Positions 1 through 9,558 of a stretch of 32,000 nt of DNA are shown here, one piece after another (position 1 is the first letter of the stretch; each line of letters opens with the position of its first letter). The stretch lies in assembly GCA_005191425.1 (NCBI GenBank), contig SUPR01000006.1:1-32000 (forward strand), in the 5' to 3' direction. The DNA is from Candidatus Helarchaeota ASGARD archaeon Hel_GB_B (GTDB taxonomy: Archaea > Asgardarchaeota > Lokiarchaeia > Helarchaeales > HEL-GB-B). The notes beneath the pieces were generated by a model, which saw nothing but the letters and a program-made list of their open reading frames with translations, had not been told where the DNA came from and searched no databases. Made by a program: the position numbers and the translations under genes.

Positions 1-664
1 GTAATAATATGTCCTTACTCCCAACAATAATTAATGTGGGAATTTTTATTTTATTTAACATTTCGCGAGTATCATGATGTTCAATTGCATATGATTGATT
101 AACATAATCTTGGGCTCTTGTGGGATCAGTCTGAAAATCTTGTTTTAACATTTCATAAAGGACAGCATCTTTTTTTATCCTTCGTACAAAAGAATTAGAG
201 AACAATGCGGGTAATAACTCATTCATTTTTTCTTCTTCGGATTTACTTTCTAATGATTTGATTATATCAATTAGTGGTTTGACATTACATTTTGCAGATG
301 TAGCTAATAGAATTAAAGTTTTTACTAATTCAGGATATTCTAATACAAAATGTTGAGCTATCATTCCGCCCATACTTATACCACATAAATGGATTTTAAC
401 TTGAATATCGAGATGCTCTAATAACTTTTTAATAATTTTGACATATAATTCCATCGTATATGGAAAATCTGGTCTTGAACTTTTTCCTACACCAATATTA
501 TCATAACAAATTACTCTCATCTTCTTTTTCTTAAAAAATGGTATTTGGAGCTGCCAACCACTTGATTTATGTCCCAACCCTTGTATTAATAAAATTGTTT
601 CTGGGCCTTTTCCTGAAACTTTATAATATATTTCTATGTTATCCTCAATCTTTAATTTTGGCAT
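1..664 (-). CDS. alpha/beta-fold hydrolase, 3'-truncated at window edge (not in ORF track)
   Basis: Manual translation from ATG 664: MPKLKIEDNIEIYYKVSGKGPETILLIQGLG...CYDNIGVGKSSRP...GISMGGMIA (GxSxG nucleophile elbow)...PTLIIVGSKD. The frame stays open to the window edge. SD-like GAGGT lies just upstream. Confidence 0.9.
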   Translation of the reverse strand, partial: MPKLKIEDNIEIYYKVSGKGPETILLIQGLGHKSSGWQLQIPFFKKKKMRVICYDNIGVGKSSRPDFPYTMELYVKIIKKLLEHLDIQVKIHLCGISMGGMIAQHFVLEYPELVKTLILLATSAKCNVKPLIDIIKSLESKSEEEKMNELLPALFSNSFVRRIKKDAVLYEMLKQDFQTDPTRAQDYVNQSYAIEHHDTREMLNKIKIPTLIIVGSKDILL

Positions 665-671
665 TTTTTTA

Positions 672-676
672 CCTCT
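672..676 (-). promoter_or_regulatory. Shine-Dalgarno-like site (GAGGT) of the alpha/beta hydrolase
   Basis: Minus strand reads AGAGGTAAAAAAATG, with GAGGT 7 nt before ATG 664. Confidence 0.6.
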
Positions 677-679
677 AAT

Positions 680-910
680 TTATTCTAATATTTTTGTATT
701 ATATTTCTTTAGAGATTTTAATATATTTTTAATATGGCTTGAATTTCTTGTTTCAATTTCAATTTCTACTTCAGCTTCTTTAAAAGGAACGTCTAATTTA
801 TTTCTGTTATGATTAATCGAAATAATATTGGCATTATTATTTTTTATTATTTCTAATAATTTTAATAATGAGCCAGGTGTATCAAGTAATTTAGTAGAAA
901 ATTTTAGCAA
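680..910 (-). CDS. ACT domain; detached C-terminal regulatory domain of threonine ammonia-lyase
   Basis: LLDTPGSLLKLLEII...ANIISINHNR...EIETRNSSHI matches the ACT domain of IlvA. It is in frame with 926..1894 and separated from it by one TAA. Confidence 0.85.
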   Translation of the reverse strand: MLKFSTKLLDTPGSLLKLLEIIKNNNANIISINHNRNKLDVPFKEAEVEIEIETRNSSHIKNILKSLKKYNTKILE

Positions 911-925
911 GCGACCGCTTTCTTT

Positions 926-1894
926 TTAACCTCTAATTATAATTCTATTTAATAAATTGACATCAATATTACCTCCAGATATAATTACTGCAATTTTTTT
1001 GTTTTTTATTGCTTTAAAGTATTTATTATATAGAATTGCAGCAAGACCTACCGCACCTGCCCCTTCAACAACGATCTTTGCACGCTCCATAAGCATCAGA
1101 ATTGCGTTTGCAATTTGGTCATCATTTACTTGGACAATTTTGTCCACATTTTCTTTTATTATATTAAATGTTAAATTTCCAGGCTTTTTAACGGCAATCC
1201 CATCTGCTATAGTAAGACCGTTTGGCTCTAAATGAATTAATTTATGTTTTTCAAAAGAATGATACATAGAATTAAATGATTCACTCTGAACTCCAATTAT
1301 TTTTATATCTGGGTTAATTCCTTTACAATAAGCTGCGATACCAGAGATAAGTCCCCCACCACCTACTGGGACAACAACAATGTCTGTTTTTGGCATTTGT
1401 TCTAATATTTCTAATCCAATGGTTCCCTGACCATAAATAATATCAAAATCATTATATGCCTGGATAAAGGTAAGGTTATTCTCTTCTTTAATTTGCATTG
1501 CATGATTAAATGCTTCATCATATGTAATACCAGCAGTAATAATCTTAGCACCATAACTCTCAATAGCCATAATTTTGTTAAGTGGAGTATTAACTGGAAC
1601 AACAACATTACAATTATATCCCTGTAGTTTTGCAGCTAGTGCTACAGCTTGTCCATGATTTCCCGCCGAAGCAGTTATAATACCATTTTTTACTTCATCT
1701 TTATTTAATTGAAGTATTTTATTCATAGCACCTCTAATTTTGAATGACCCTGTTTTTTGAAAATTTTCTAATTTTAGATAAACTTCATTATTGACCATAT
1801 TACTGAAAGTAGTACTATAAATTAATGGCGTTTTTCTACAAAAATAACCAATTCTTTTATTAGCCTCTTGGATTTCTTTAATATGCTGTTTCAT
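926..1894 (-). CDS. ilvA: threonine ammonia-lyase (PLP-dependent) catalytic domain, ending at a probable premature TAA
   Basis: Motifs: KLENFQKTGSFKIRGA (PLP Lys), ASAGNHGQAVA, PVGGGGLISG, TIADGIAVKKPG, VEGAGAVGLAA, ISGGNID. Confidence 0.93.
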   Translation of the reverse strand: MKQHIKEIQEANKRIGYFCRKTPLIYSTTFSNMVNNEVYLKLENFQKTGSFKIRGAMNKILQLNKDEVKNGIITASAGNHGQAVALAAKLQGYNCNVVVPVNTPLNKIMAIESYGAKIITAGITYDEAFNHAMQIKEENNLTFIQAYNDFDIIYGQGTIGLEILEQMPKTDIVVVPVGGGGLISGIAAYCKGINPDIKIIGVQSESFNSMYHSFEKHKLIHLEPNGLTIADGIAVKKPGNLTFNIIKENVDKIVQVNDDQIANAILMLMERAKIVVEGAGAVGLAAILYNKYFKAIKNKKIAVIISGGNIDVNLLNRIIIRG

Positions 1895-2176
1895 TATATT
1901 TCATCAAACAATTTTATTTAGTATATGTTCAATCTTAAAATTGATTAAACTGCTTAATTTTATTTTAAATTAACTTTATTATTAATTAGATAAAGATTAA
2001 ACATAAAAATTTTTTATCTTAATTTAAAATAGGAAAATTTTTTTAATAAATTTTAGAAAATTTCTTTATATTTATTATAATTGAATAATATTTTTATTAG
2101 ACAATTCGATTATATCAAATATTTAACAATATTAAATTATTTTTTTTAAAATTAAAAGATTATAAAATGATTAATT

Positions 2177-3166
2177 ATGAAATATAGAATCTTGTTAATT
2201 GTATTACCATTTTATGTAATTATTAGTTTTATTGTATCTCATTATTTCTTGTTCGTACTGGGAACTTTAGAAGGACTCGTTTACGGACTAGTATATATTG
2301 GGATTGCTATCTGGATTACTGTAGAATTATTTATTTTTGGGATACATAAGACTGAAAGTCATTTTAAAGATATTTCACATCAATATATAGATGTAGAAAA
2401 TATTGAAATAGTATTTAATGATGGAATTAAATCAAGAGGTGTATATTATCGTTTATCATCTGAAACAATAGAAACTTCTGACGGGAAGAGATATCCAGAA
2501 CCGAGGCCCACTATTATATTTTTTCATGGGCTTATGGGAAGAAAAGAGAGTTCCGATAAATGGCTAATTCCTCTGACGCATATGGGATATTTGACTTTTT
2601 CCTTTGACCAAATAGTCCGAAAAGGACAAAAAGGTTTATTTCAAACGCTTAATGATACATCCAAAGTATTAGATATTGTTTGCAATACATCTGATGTTAA
2701 AATTGGTTCAATATGTTGTATTGGAATATCATTAGGAGGGATTATGGTATTAACAAAATGTTATGTAGATAACCGAGTTGCTATGGTTATTGGGATGAGT
2801 ACAATACATGATTTTGCAGTATTTTGTGATGTTAAAAACCAGTTTTTATCCCTTGGCTGGTATGTCAAACGGCAAATGTCAAAAAATGCTATTCAAGAAA
2901 ATACCTTGAAAACTACACCGCATTATTATTTAAAAAACGACCCGGAATTCAATAAAAACCGAGTATTTCTTATTCATGGTAAGAAAGATTCCTTCTTTCC
3001 CCCATCAATTTCTTTTTATTTAAATAAAAAACAAGCTAATATTCCTGATAAAAATACTCTTCTTTTAGATTGTGGACATGGGCTTGATGGACAAGAAACT
3101 TTAATTCTAGGGACTATTATCAAATGGTTAAACGAAAATGATGCAATGAGAATAATAACTAAATAG
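2177..3166 (+). CDS. membrane-anchored alpha/beta hydrolase
   Basis: Two N-terminal hydrophobic segments, then FFHGLMG, GISLGG (nucleophile), LIHGKKDSFF (acid) and CGHG (His). Confidence 0.85.
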   Translation: MKYRILLIVLPFYVIISFIVSHYFLFVLGTLEGLVYGLVYIGIAIWITVELFIFGIHKTESHFKDISHQYIDVENIEIVFNDGIKSRGVYYRLSSETIETSDGKRYPEPRPTIIFFHGLMGRKESSDKWLIPLTHMGYLTFSFDQIVRKGQKGLFQTLNDTSKVLDIVCNTSDVKIGSICCIGISLGGIMVLTKCYVDNRVAMVIGMSTIHDFAVFCDVKNQFLSLGWYVKRQMSKNAIQENTLKTTPHYYLKNDPEFNKNRVFLIHGKKDSFFPPSISFYLNKKQANIPDKNTLLLDCGHGLDGQETLILGTIIKWLNENDAMRIITK

Positions 3167-3256
3167 AAAATTAAGAGGTAGACGATAAAACTGTTATTTT
3201 ATTTTAAATATAAATAATAGAGAGAATAATGAACTATGTGTTTTTTAAAATCAATG

Positions 3257-3862
3257 TTAAATTTTTGTTAATTCATCTAATTTCTTATTAATTAAGTCTA
3301 TTTTTTTATCGATTTCTGCTATAATTGGTTCTTTTTTTAATTCATTAATCAGGTTATTACAACAGACGAAATTAATAGCAATAGCTTCAACATAATTATA
3401 AGTCTTATTACACGATTTACATTGGAATAGGACTTCATTCTCGAATAATTTTTTTTCATTAATTAGAATAGACTTTTTCTTGATCAAGTTTTTATGAATT
3501 TTATACATTAATTTATCCAAATTAAATTCATATTCGTTATCTGGATAACTACTCACTAATTTATCACTAAAAGTTTTTTGGTTTATAAAGCCAAAAGAAA
3601 CTAATTCATAAATAGCCCGTAATAAGTTAGATGATTTTCCAAATTCGTCCATTAATTGATTCAAATTTTTATTTTCTTCGATTAAAGAGGTCAATATATC
3701 AATTTTTAGGTCAATATCTTCCTGTCTTAATAAAGACATACCGTAATCAATAAGATCAATAAGGTACTGGTTTTTTCCATATTTGTTATTTTTTGATTTT
3801 AAGAACCCACCAATTGATTTTCTTGGTTTTTGAATATTTATTGTAGAAAAATTAAGTTCCAT
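3257..3862 (-). CDS. tfe: transcription factor E (TFE/TFIIE-alpha)-like protein with N-terminal extension
   Basis: Winged-helix-like RAIYELVSFGFI...EYEFNLDKL, then FENEVLFQCKSCNKTYNYVEAIAINFVCCNNL (TFE zinc ribbon) and a C-terminal helix AEIDKKIDLINKKL. SD-like AGGGG upstream. Confidence 0.75.
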   Translation of the reverse strand: MELNFSTINIQKPRKSIGGFLKSKNNKYGKNQYLIDLIDYGMSLLRQEDIDLKIDILTSLIEENKNLNQLMDEFGKSSNLLRAIYELVSFGFINQKTFSDKLVSSYPDNEYEFNLDKLMYKIHKNLIKKKSILINEKKLFENEVLFQCKSCNKTYNYVEAIAINFVCCNNLINELKKEPIIAEIDKKIDLINKKLDELTKI

Positions 3863-4146
3863 TTTTAAACCCCTTTAATTTTAATTTTATTTTCAAAATT
3901 TTTAACTTTTTTAATAATATATTATTCATTCTTCTATTAATAATTGATGGTCATATAATATAAATACTTCACATTTTGGATTTAAGGAGGAGAAAAATTC
4001 AGACCAATTTGATTTTTTGTAAATTATAATAGAATAAATTATTGTATATATGTTTTAGATGATTTAAAATTAATAAATGAAAGAAATATGGAAATATTTA
4101 AGAGGAAATTTGGATGTTGGAAGATTTTTTGGAATATATTATAGAT

Positions 4147-4773
4147 TTATGAACTATAAAGTTCAGGATTAGTTTCAATTTTTTTAAAAATATATTTAAA
4201 GAGGTCTTTTCTGAATTGTTTTGGGATTAGTTCCAATTTTTCCATTATTATCTGAACTAATTCTTCGATAAGTGGTTTATACGGATAATAATTTATTGAT
4301 TTTAATTTTGTCAATTCGCGCTTGATTATTCTGTTAATGATAGCTCCTTCTAATGATTCTGTGTCCAGCCAAAAAGGTCTAGAATTTTTATCATGTATTC
4401 GGTAAATCATTAGTGCATTTTGTATTCTATTAATGTACCAGTTCAAGCTATTCAATGAAACACCTTTAAACCGTTTAATAAAATCTTTTTTAGACTCATA
4501 TCTATAAAGGCAGTCTTTAGTGGGAGTATGAGAAACAATATAAACTGCTGCTGCAAAGAATCCAGTTTTTTCTTGAGGCCATTCAGGATGAATTGTGTAT
4601 AGGAATCTTGATAATAAATTAAGAGCTTTATAAATTGTTTCTTCATCAAAGTTGCAGCTTCTATAGAAAAAGTTAGCTTCTTTAATATATTGTTTAATAT
4701 ACTCAGTTCTCATTAATTTAAATAACTTTTGTTTTTCTATACTATTTTCTAGTGATTTAAAATTTCTATTCAT
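4147..4773 (-). CDS. cyclin-fold / TFIIB C-terminal-repeat-like protein lacking the TFB zinc ribbon; start revised to ATG 4773
   Basis: EETIYKALNLLSRF...EKTGFFAAAVYIVS...SKKDFIKRFKGVSLNSLNWYINRI resembles a TFB/cyclin repeat. The ORF-track extension 4774-5073 is antisense to the gene at 4916..5407. Confidence 0.55.
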   Translation of the reverse strand: MNRNFKSLENSIEKQKLFKLMRTEYIKQYIKEANFFYRSCNFDEETIYKALNLLSRFLYTIHPEWPQEKTGFFAAAVYIVSHTPTKDCLYRYESKKDFIKRFKGVSLNSLNWYINRIQNALMIYRIHDKNSRPFWLDTESLEGAIINRIIKRELTKLKSINYYPYKPLIEELVQIIMEKLELIPKQFRKDLFKYIFKKIETNPELYSS

Positions 4774-4915
4774 AGTGCTTCCATCCAAAAATTTTTGATA
4801 AATTAAAGAATTATCGAAAAGATATAATATTGATATATTATTTATATCTATTCGAAAACGTTTATAAATATTTTTGATATAAATTTTATATAGAGAAATT
4901 TGTCGGTAAAATATA

Positions 4916-5407
4916 ATGAGTTCATCAAATTCTAATTCGGGAAAAAATAATGAAAATTTAGAGGATGAAATTGAACAGATTGTTAAAGTTTGGAGGGAAA
5001 AAAGAGATAAAATTGAGGATGAAATTATTTCAATAAAAGATTTAGCAAAAGAACTAGGAGAAAGTAAAAGCAAATTATCAAATTTATTAATAGATGTTTT
5101 AAATAAAATTATGAATAAAATAGAAGATAATTATATTTTTAAAGATGAATTAATGGAAATGTTTGGTATAACAAAACGAGATTTTGAAGAAATATTAAAA
5201 AAAGCAGGATATGAAAGCACTGAATCTAAAGTCTATAAAAATATAAAAGTACAACTTTTGCTAAGATTAGATCCAATGGCATTAGATTTGATTGAAGATT
5301 GTATCCCCTACTATGGATCTTCAAAAACTGCTGTTGTTAGACAGATGATCATTGATTTTTATACAAAACATCATGATGAAATTGAGAAAGTAAGAAGAAG
5401 CCATTAA
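4916..5407 (+). CDS. putative DNA-binding protein: two HTH-like segments plus a C-terminal ribbon-helix-helix
   Basis: ISIKDLAKELGESKSKLS and FKDELMEMFGITKRDFEEILKK are HTH-like. KVQLLLRLDPMALDLIE...GSSKTAVVRQMIIDF follows the CopG/RHH pattern. Confidence 0.6.
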   Translation: MSSSNSNSGKNNENLEDEIEQIVKVWREKRDKIEDEIISIKDLAKELGESKSKLSNLLIDVLNKIMNKIEDNYIFKDELMEMFGITKRDFEEILKKAGYESTESKVYKNIKVQLLLRLDPMALDLIEDCIPYYGSSKTAVVRQMIIDFYTKHHDEIEKVRRSH

Positions 5408-5456
5408 AAATAATAAAAATACGGATAGAGATTTTATCCATGGTACAAATTTATTT

Positions 5457-7040
5457 TTAAAAGTTATGATATATAACTAATATTATATCGTCAATGGACT
5501 TCATTTTATTGACTAATTCATCAGATGGTTCTTGATCAGTTTTTAAGACCATTAACTGAGTCTTTGATTTTTCATGGCGAGCCACTTGTAATTCAGCAAT
5601 ATTAATGTTATTATTACCTAAAAAGGTGGTTATTTTACCAATCATACCAGGTTTATCGACATGTTTTATTATGAAAATTTTACCAGTTGGTGAAAATGAA
5701 ATATTGAAGTCATTTATTTTGATAATTTCAATATAACCATCGGAATATACTTTACCAATAATTTCAGAGGCGACTTTATTGTGGTCCATGATTTGAACGG
5801 ATAATAAATTTTCAAAACTTTTTCCACTTCTTACAGATTCAACGATCCCAAGATTACGTTCTTTTGCTATTAGAACTGAATTTACAATGCTAATTCTAGT
5901 ACTTACTAAAGGTTTTAAGAAGACAGCGAGGAAATGTCTTGTTAATGTTTTTCGGAGATTTTCTGGTAATGATTCTGGGTAATTAAGAATAATACTGTCA
6001 AAAGGAAGGTTTAATTTTACAAGTAATTTTGCTAAGTTTATAGATAATTGGCGATAGGGTGTATAGATATCCTTGGTCTCGCTATCTAATCTTGGGAAAT
6101 TAACTGGAAATTCAGGGGCTAGTCCATTAAGAACGTCAATTGTCCCTTCAAGAATTCTCCAGCTAACATTTTTTTGTGCATCAATAGTTGAAGCGCCTAT
6201 ATGAGGAGTGACAATTATTTTATCATTTTTAAGGAATTCTTCATTTTTTTCGAGAGATTTTTCGATTACATCTAGTCCTGCTGCCTTTACAATTCCTTCG
6301 TTTATTGCTCTTAATAGAGCCTCTGAATCTACAATACCGCCTCTAGATGTATTAATAAAATATACGCCTTTTTTCATCAATAAAAAATGTTCCCATTTTA
6401 TCAAATGGAATGTAGTTTTATTAAGAGGAACATGTATTGAAATAACATCAGATTTTCTCAATATATCCTCAAAACTGGTTAATTCAGTACCCAATTCATC
6501 TTTTAAATTTGACGAAATATAGGGGTCATATGCTAGGATTTTCATACCAAATGCTCTTGCTCTATGTGCAACTCGTCTTCCAATTCGGCCAAAACCAATA
6601 ATACCTAAGACTTTATTTCGCAATTCTAGGCCTGATAAATCTTTTCTATTAAAATTACATTCGGATGTTCTATTAACAGCTGTCTTAAAATGCCTACAAG
6701 TACTTATTATTAACCCCATTGCTAAATCTGCTACGCTATCAAGACTTTCTTCAGGTGCATTTATAACCAGAATACCCTTCTTTTCGGCATAATCTACATC
6801 AATATTATCAGTCCCAACACCTGCACGACCAATAACTTCTAAATTTTTACCAGCATCTAATAGTTCTCTGTCTACAATAGTTTTACTCCTTATAATTAAG
6901 GCATTGACATCTCCGATCTTTTCTAAAATTATCTTTCGGTTTGGGGTTCCATTTAATATAATAAATTCATAATTCGTTTTGTTTTTAAAATGGTCTATAG
7001 CTTCTTGGTCTAACTTTTCTGCAATTAAAATTTTTTTCAT
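5457..7040 (-). CDS. serA: D-3-phosphoglycerate dehydrogenase with ASB and ACT domains
   Basis: GRAGVGTDNID, GIIGFGRIG, INTSRGGIVD, TPHIGAST, and a C-terminal HVDKPGMIGKITTFLGNNNINIA (ACT). Confidence 0.95.
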   Translation of the reverse strand: MKKILIAEKLDQEAIDHFKNKTNYEFIILNGTPNRKIILEKIGDVNALIIRSKTIVDRELLDAGKNLEVIGRAGVGTDNIDVDYAEKKGILVINAPEESLDSVADLAMGLIISTCRHFKTAVNRTSECNFNRKDLSGLELRNKVLGIIGFGRIGRRVAHRARAFGMKILAYDPYISSNLKDELGTELTSFEDILRKSDVISIHVPLNKTTFHLIKWEHFLLMKKGVYFINTSRGGIVDSEALLRAINEGIVKAAGLDVIEKSLEKNEEFLKNDKIIVTPHIGASTIDAQKNVSWRILEGTIDVLNGLAPEFPVNFPRLDSETKDIYTPYRQLSINLAKLLVKLNLPFDSIILNYPESLPENLRKTLTRHFLAVFLKPLVSTRISIVNSVLIAKERNLGIVESVRSGKSFENLLSVQIMDHNKVASEIIGKVYSDGYIEIIKINDFNISFSPTGKIFIIKHVDKPGMIGKITTFLGNNNINIAELQVARHEKSKTQLMVLKTDQEPSDELVNKMKSIDDIILVIYHNF

Positions 7041-7168
7041 TTACAATCCAATCTTTAAATTTATTTTGATAATTTAATATAATAAGTAATTTTAATTTTT
7101 TGAACTCAAAAGTTATTAGTTATTAGTATTATTATAATGTCAAATTAAAAACTCTTTAACAAATTTAA

Positions 7169-9328
7169 ATGGTGATAATAATTCGAATATATAAATATTT
7201 TAAAGGAATTTTTCTGATTGTCGGTATAATACTAATGACAATAGGAGTTATATTGGGTGCTAACTTTAAATATAATTTATCTGGAGTAACATTTACACCA
7301 TTTCAAATATCTGCTTCGGAAACAGCGGCATATGGTAATTATGCTGCATATAATCAATCAGGAGTAGTAATTAGAGGAACAATTATTCAACCTAAAATTC
7401 CAGTCTATTCATCGGGAGGATTAAGGCCTGCGGTATTCTTTTTTCACGGGCTTTTTGCAAGAAAAGAATTTCATTATCATTATGCAATTGAGCTTGCTAG
7501 GGCAGGATTTGTAGTAATATGTCCAGATCATGGTGGAATGGGCGATTCTATCGGAACTTTCAAGTTGGGATGGGATATAATTCCATTTGTAATGACAGTA
7601 ATTGACCATTTACCAGCTCTTAACGCGACATATCACCTAAGAATTAATGGGAGCGCAGTAGGGGCTACTGGACATTCGTATGGTGGAATATCAACACTTT
7701 ATGCCGGGCTTTATCGACCATATAATAAGACCACAGGCAGAGGAGTTTCAGCTTGCGCTTCGATTTGGTCATGGTCAAATTTTACTCAGACAATTCAATA
7801 TATGGTATCAAATTATGGTGACCCTCCCTGGCAACTTCTTGAGCTAGTGAATTTACAATATATTCTGGCAGATCCTTATGGCGCTGATAATATGGCTGCA
7901 AATATTGAAGCTCGAAATACCATAGATAAGGTCAATGGGACTTCTGGAAATTATCTACCACCAAATTGGTTGTTAATTACATCTTGGGATGATGGATTTG
8001 TTCTACCCGAATGGCAAATAGAATTAATGGCTAATGCATGTTATGACAATTCCAATCCGTCATTAAGTTCATCTGTATACTATAATTATATTAAAAATAA
8101 CATAACATATGCTAATAATTTTACATGGCAAAAACCTGGTGGGTCATTTAAAAATAGGTCTATGAGGCAAATTTTCTTACCAAGAGATACATATGGATTC
8201 CCAATGGGCCATTTGACTGAAGGCTTTTTAGTACCACCATTAATAATGTTATTAAATTGGTTTGGAAATGCGTTTAACTGGAATGTATCAAATGAAATTT
8301 CAAGAATACAAGCTGAAGAAATTGATTTAAGCAGGACTATTTCATTTTGGCCGGCTCCAATTCAAGGACTAGTAATTCAAATGTATTTAGGACCTATATT
8401 AATAATATTAGGGCTCATTGTTTCGATTTTTCCAATAATTAGCTATTTGGCTAGAGGAAAGCGGTCTGATGATGAGTATCAAATATCACAATTTACATTT
8501 CCAAAAGGTACTTCATTATCTACAAAAGAATCTCTGGCATTTATTGCTATATTTAGTGCAATATATATCGGAATTTCTTTACCTTCATTGTTAATATCTA
8601 GCTATTTTAATATAAAGCTATTAATTCCATATTTGGTAGCAGACTCGCTTGCTTCAAGTTGGCTTATTAAAAGCTTAATTGGAATTGCTATATTAATACC
8701 AATTCTCTGGATTTATTTCAACAAGTATAATCAGAATTTTACTGATATTGGTATTTCGTTTGATAAAAAGAAATTACTATATTCTGCTATTGTGGGTATT
8801 GGATTTCCTCTGATTTTCTTTGGACTATGGGATTTATTGAACCTTTTCACTACATTTCCATTATTAATCCCTATGCCAAGTCCTACAGTCGGATATCTTG
8901 GATTTGCTATATTGCTATTGTTTATATTCATTTCTGCTATTATTGACGAGCTATTTTTAAGAGGATTAATACAAACAAAAATGGAAGCAAAAATACAGGA
9001 AAGTAACAGAATTACTCATAATAAGAGGATTAAAAAATGGATAGCATATTTTATTTCAGTGATTCTAAGTTTAATATTAACTTTAACAGCAACATTGGGT
9101 TCACTTATATTAACAGTAAGTCCAGCTGCTTTCCTAGGCAATATTGATGGTACAAATTTCGCAACCCCAATCTTACTTCTAGGTGTTATTGTTTCATTAG
9201 TCCCATCGATAGTCAATCCATATATCTATCAAAGAACTCGATCTATTTGGGCATGCGTATTCTTTACAACAATCTTCTTAGGTATATTTTTTACTTCTAG
9301 GCTTGGTCTAGGACTGACTACTTTCTAA
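7169..9328 (+). CDS. secreted-type alpha/beta hydrolase fused to a multi-TM, degenerate CPBP (CAAX protease/Abi)-like domain
   Basis: N-terminal TM/signal; FFHGLF, DHGGMGDS, GHSYGG, WDDGFV, GHLTE; about 9-10 hydrophobic segments after ~aa 410, containing IIDELFLRGLIQ and YIYQRTRSIW. Confidence 0.75.
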   Translation: MVIIIRIYKYFKGIFLIVGIILMTIGVILGANFKYNLSGVTFTPFQISASETAAYGNYAAYNQSGVVIRGTIIQPKIPVYSSGGLRPAVFFFHGLFARKEFHYHYAIELARAGFVVICPDHGGMGDSIGTFKLGWDIIPFVMTVIDHLPALNATYHLRINGSAVGATGHSYGGISTLYAGLYRPYNKTTGRGVSACASIWSWSNFTQTIQYMVSNYGDPPWQLLELVNLQYILADPYGADNMAANIEARNTIDKVNGTSGNYLPPNWLLITSWDDGFVLPEWQIELMANACYDNSNPSLSSSVYYNYIKNNITYANNFTWQKPGGSFKNRSMRQIFLPRDTYGFPMGHLTEGFLVPPLIMLLNWFGNAFNWNVSNEISRIQAEEIDLSRTISFWPAPIQGLVIQMYLGPILIILGLIVSIFPIISYLARGKRSDDEYQISQFTFPKGTSLSTKESLAFIAIFSAIYIGISLPSLLISSYFNIKLLIPYLVADSLASSWLIKSLIGIAILIPILWIYFNKYNQNFTDIGISFDKKKLLYSAIVGIGFPLIFFGLWDLLNLFTTFPLLIPMPSPTVGYLGFAILLLFIFISAIIDELFLRGLIQTKMEAKIQESNRITHNKRIKKWIAYFISVILSLILTLTATLGSLILTVSPAAFLGNIDGTNFATPILLLGVIVSLVPSIVNPYIYQRTRSIWACVFFTTIFLGIFFTSRLGLGLTTF

Positions 9329-9558
9329 AAAATACATAAAATTTTCATTTTATTTTTTTTTGTTTATGAAAAATGAATAAATTATCCAGTTTACCACTAT
9401 TTTTCAAATTATGTTTTCAAGAGTAAGAATACCAAAATCTTCGGTTTCTAAGATATTTAAAATAAATTGGTTTATTAATTATGTAAAAATTATTATTAAA
9501 TCGAAAAAGTAAAATTAAAATAAATTAGATAAGATAAAATTATGCTTATTTTAATTTA

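Noticed and set aside
4774-5073. N-terminal 100 aa of the ORF-track 308-aa protein
   Set aside because: Ser/Ile/Phe-rich antisense shadow of the + strand gene 4916..5407. The real start is more likely ATG 4773.
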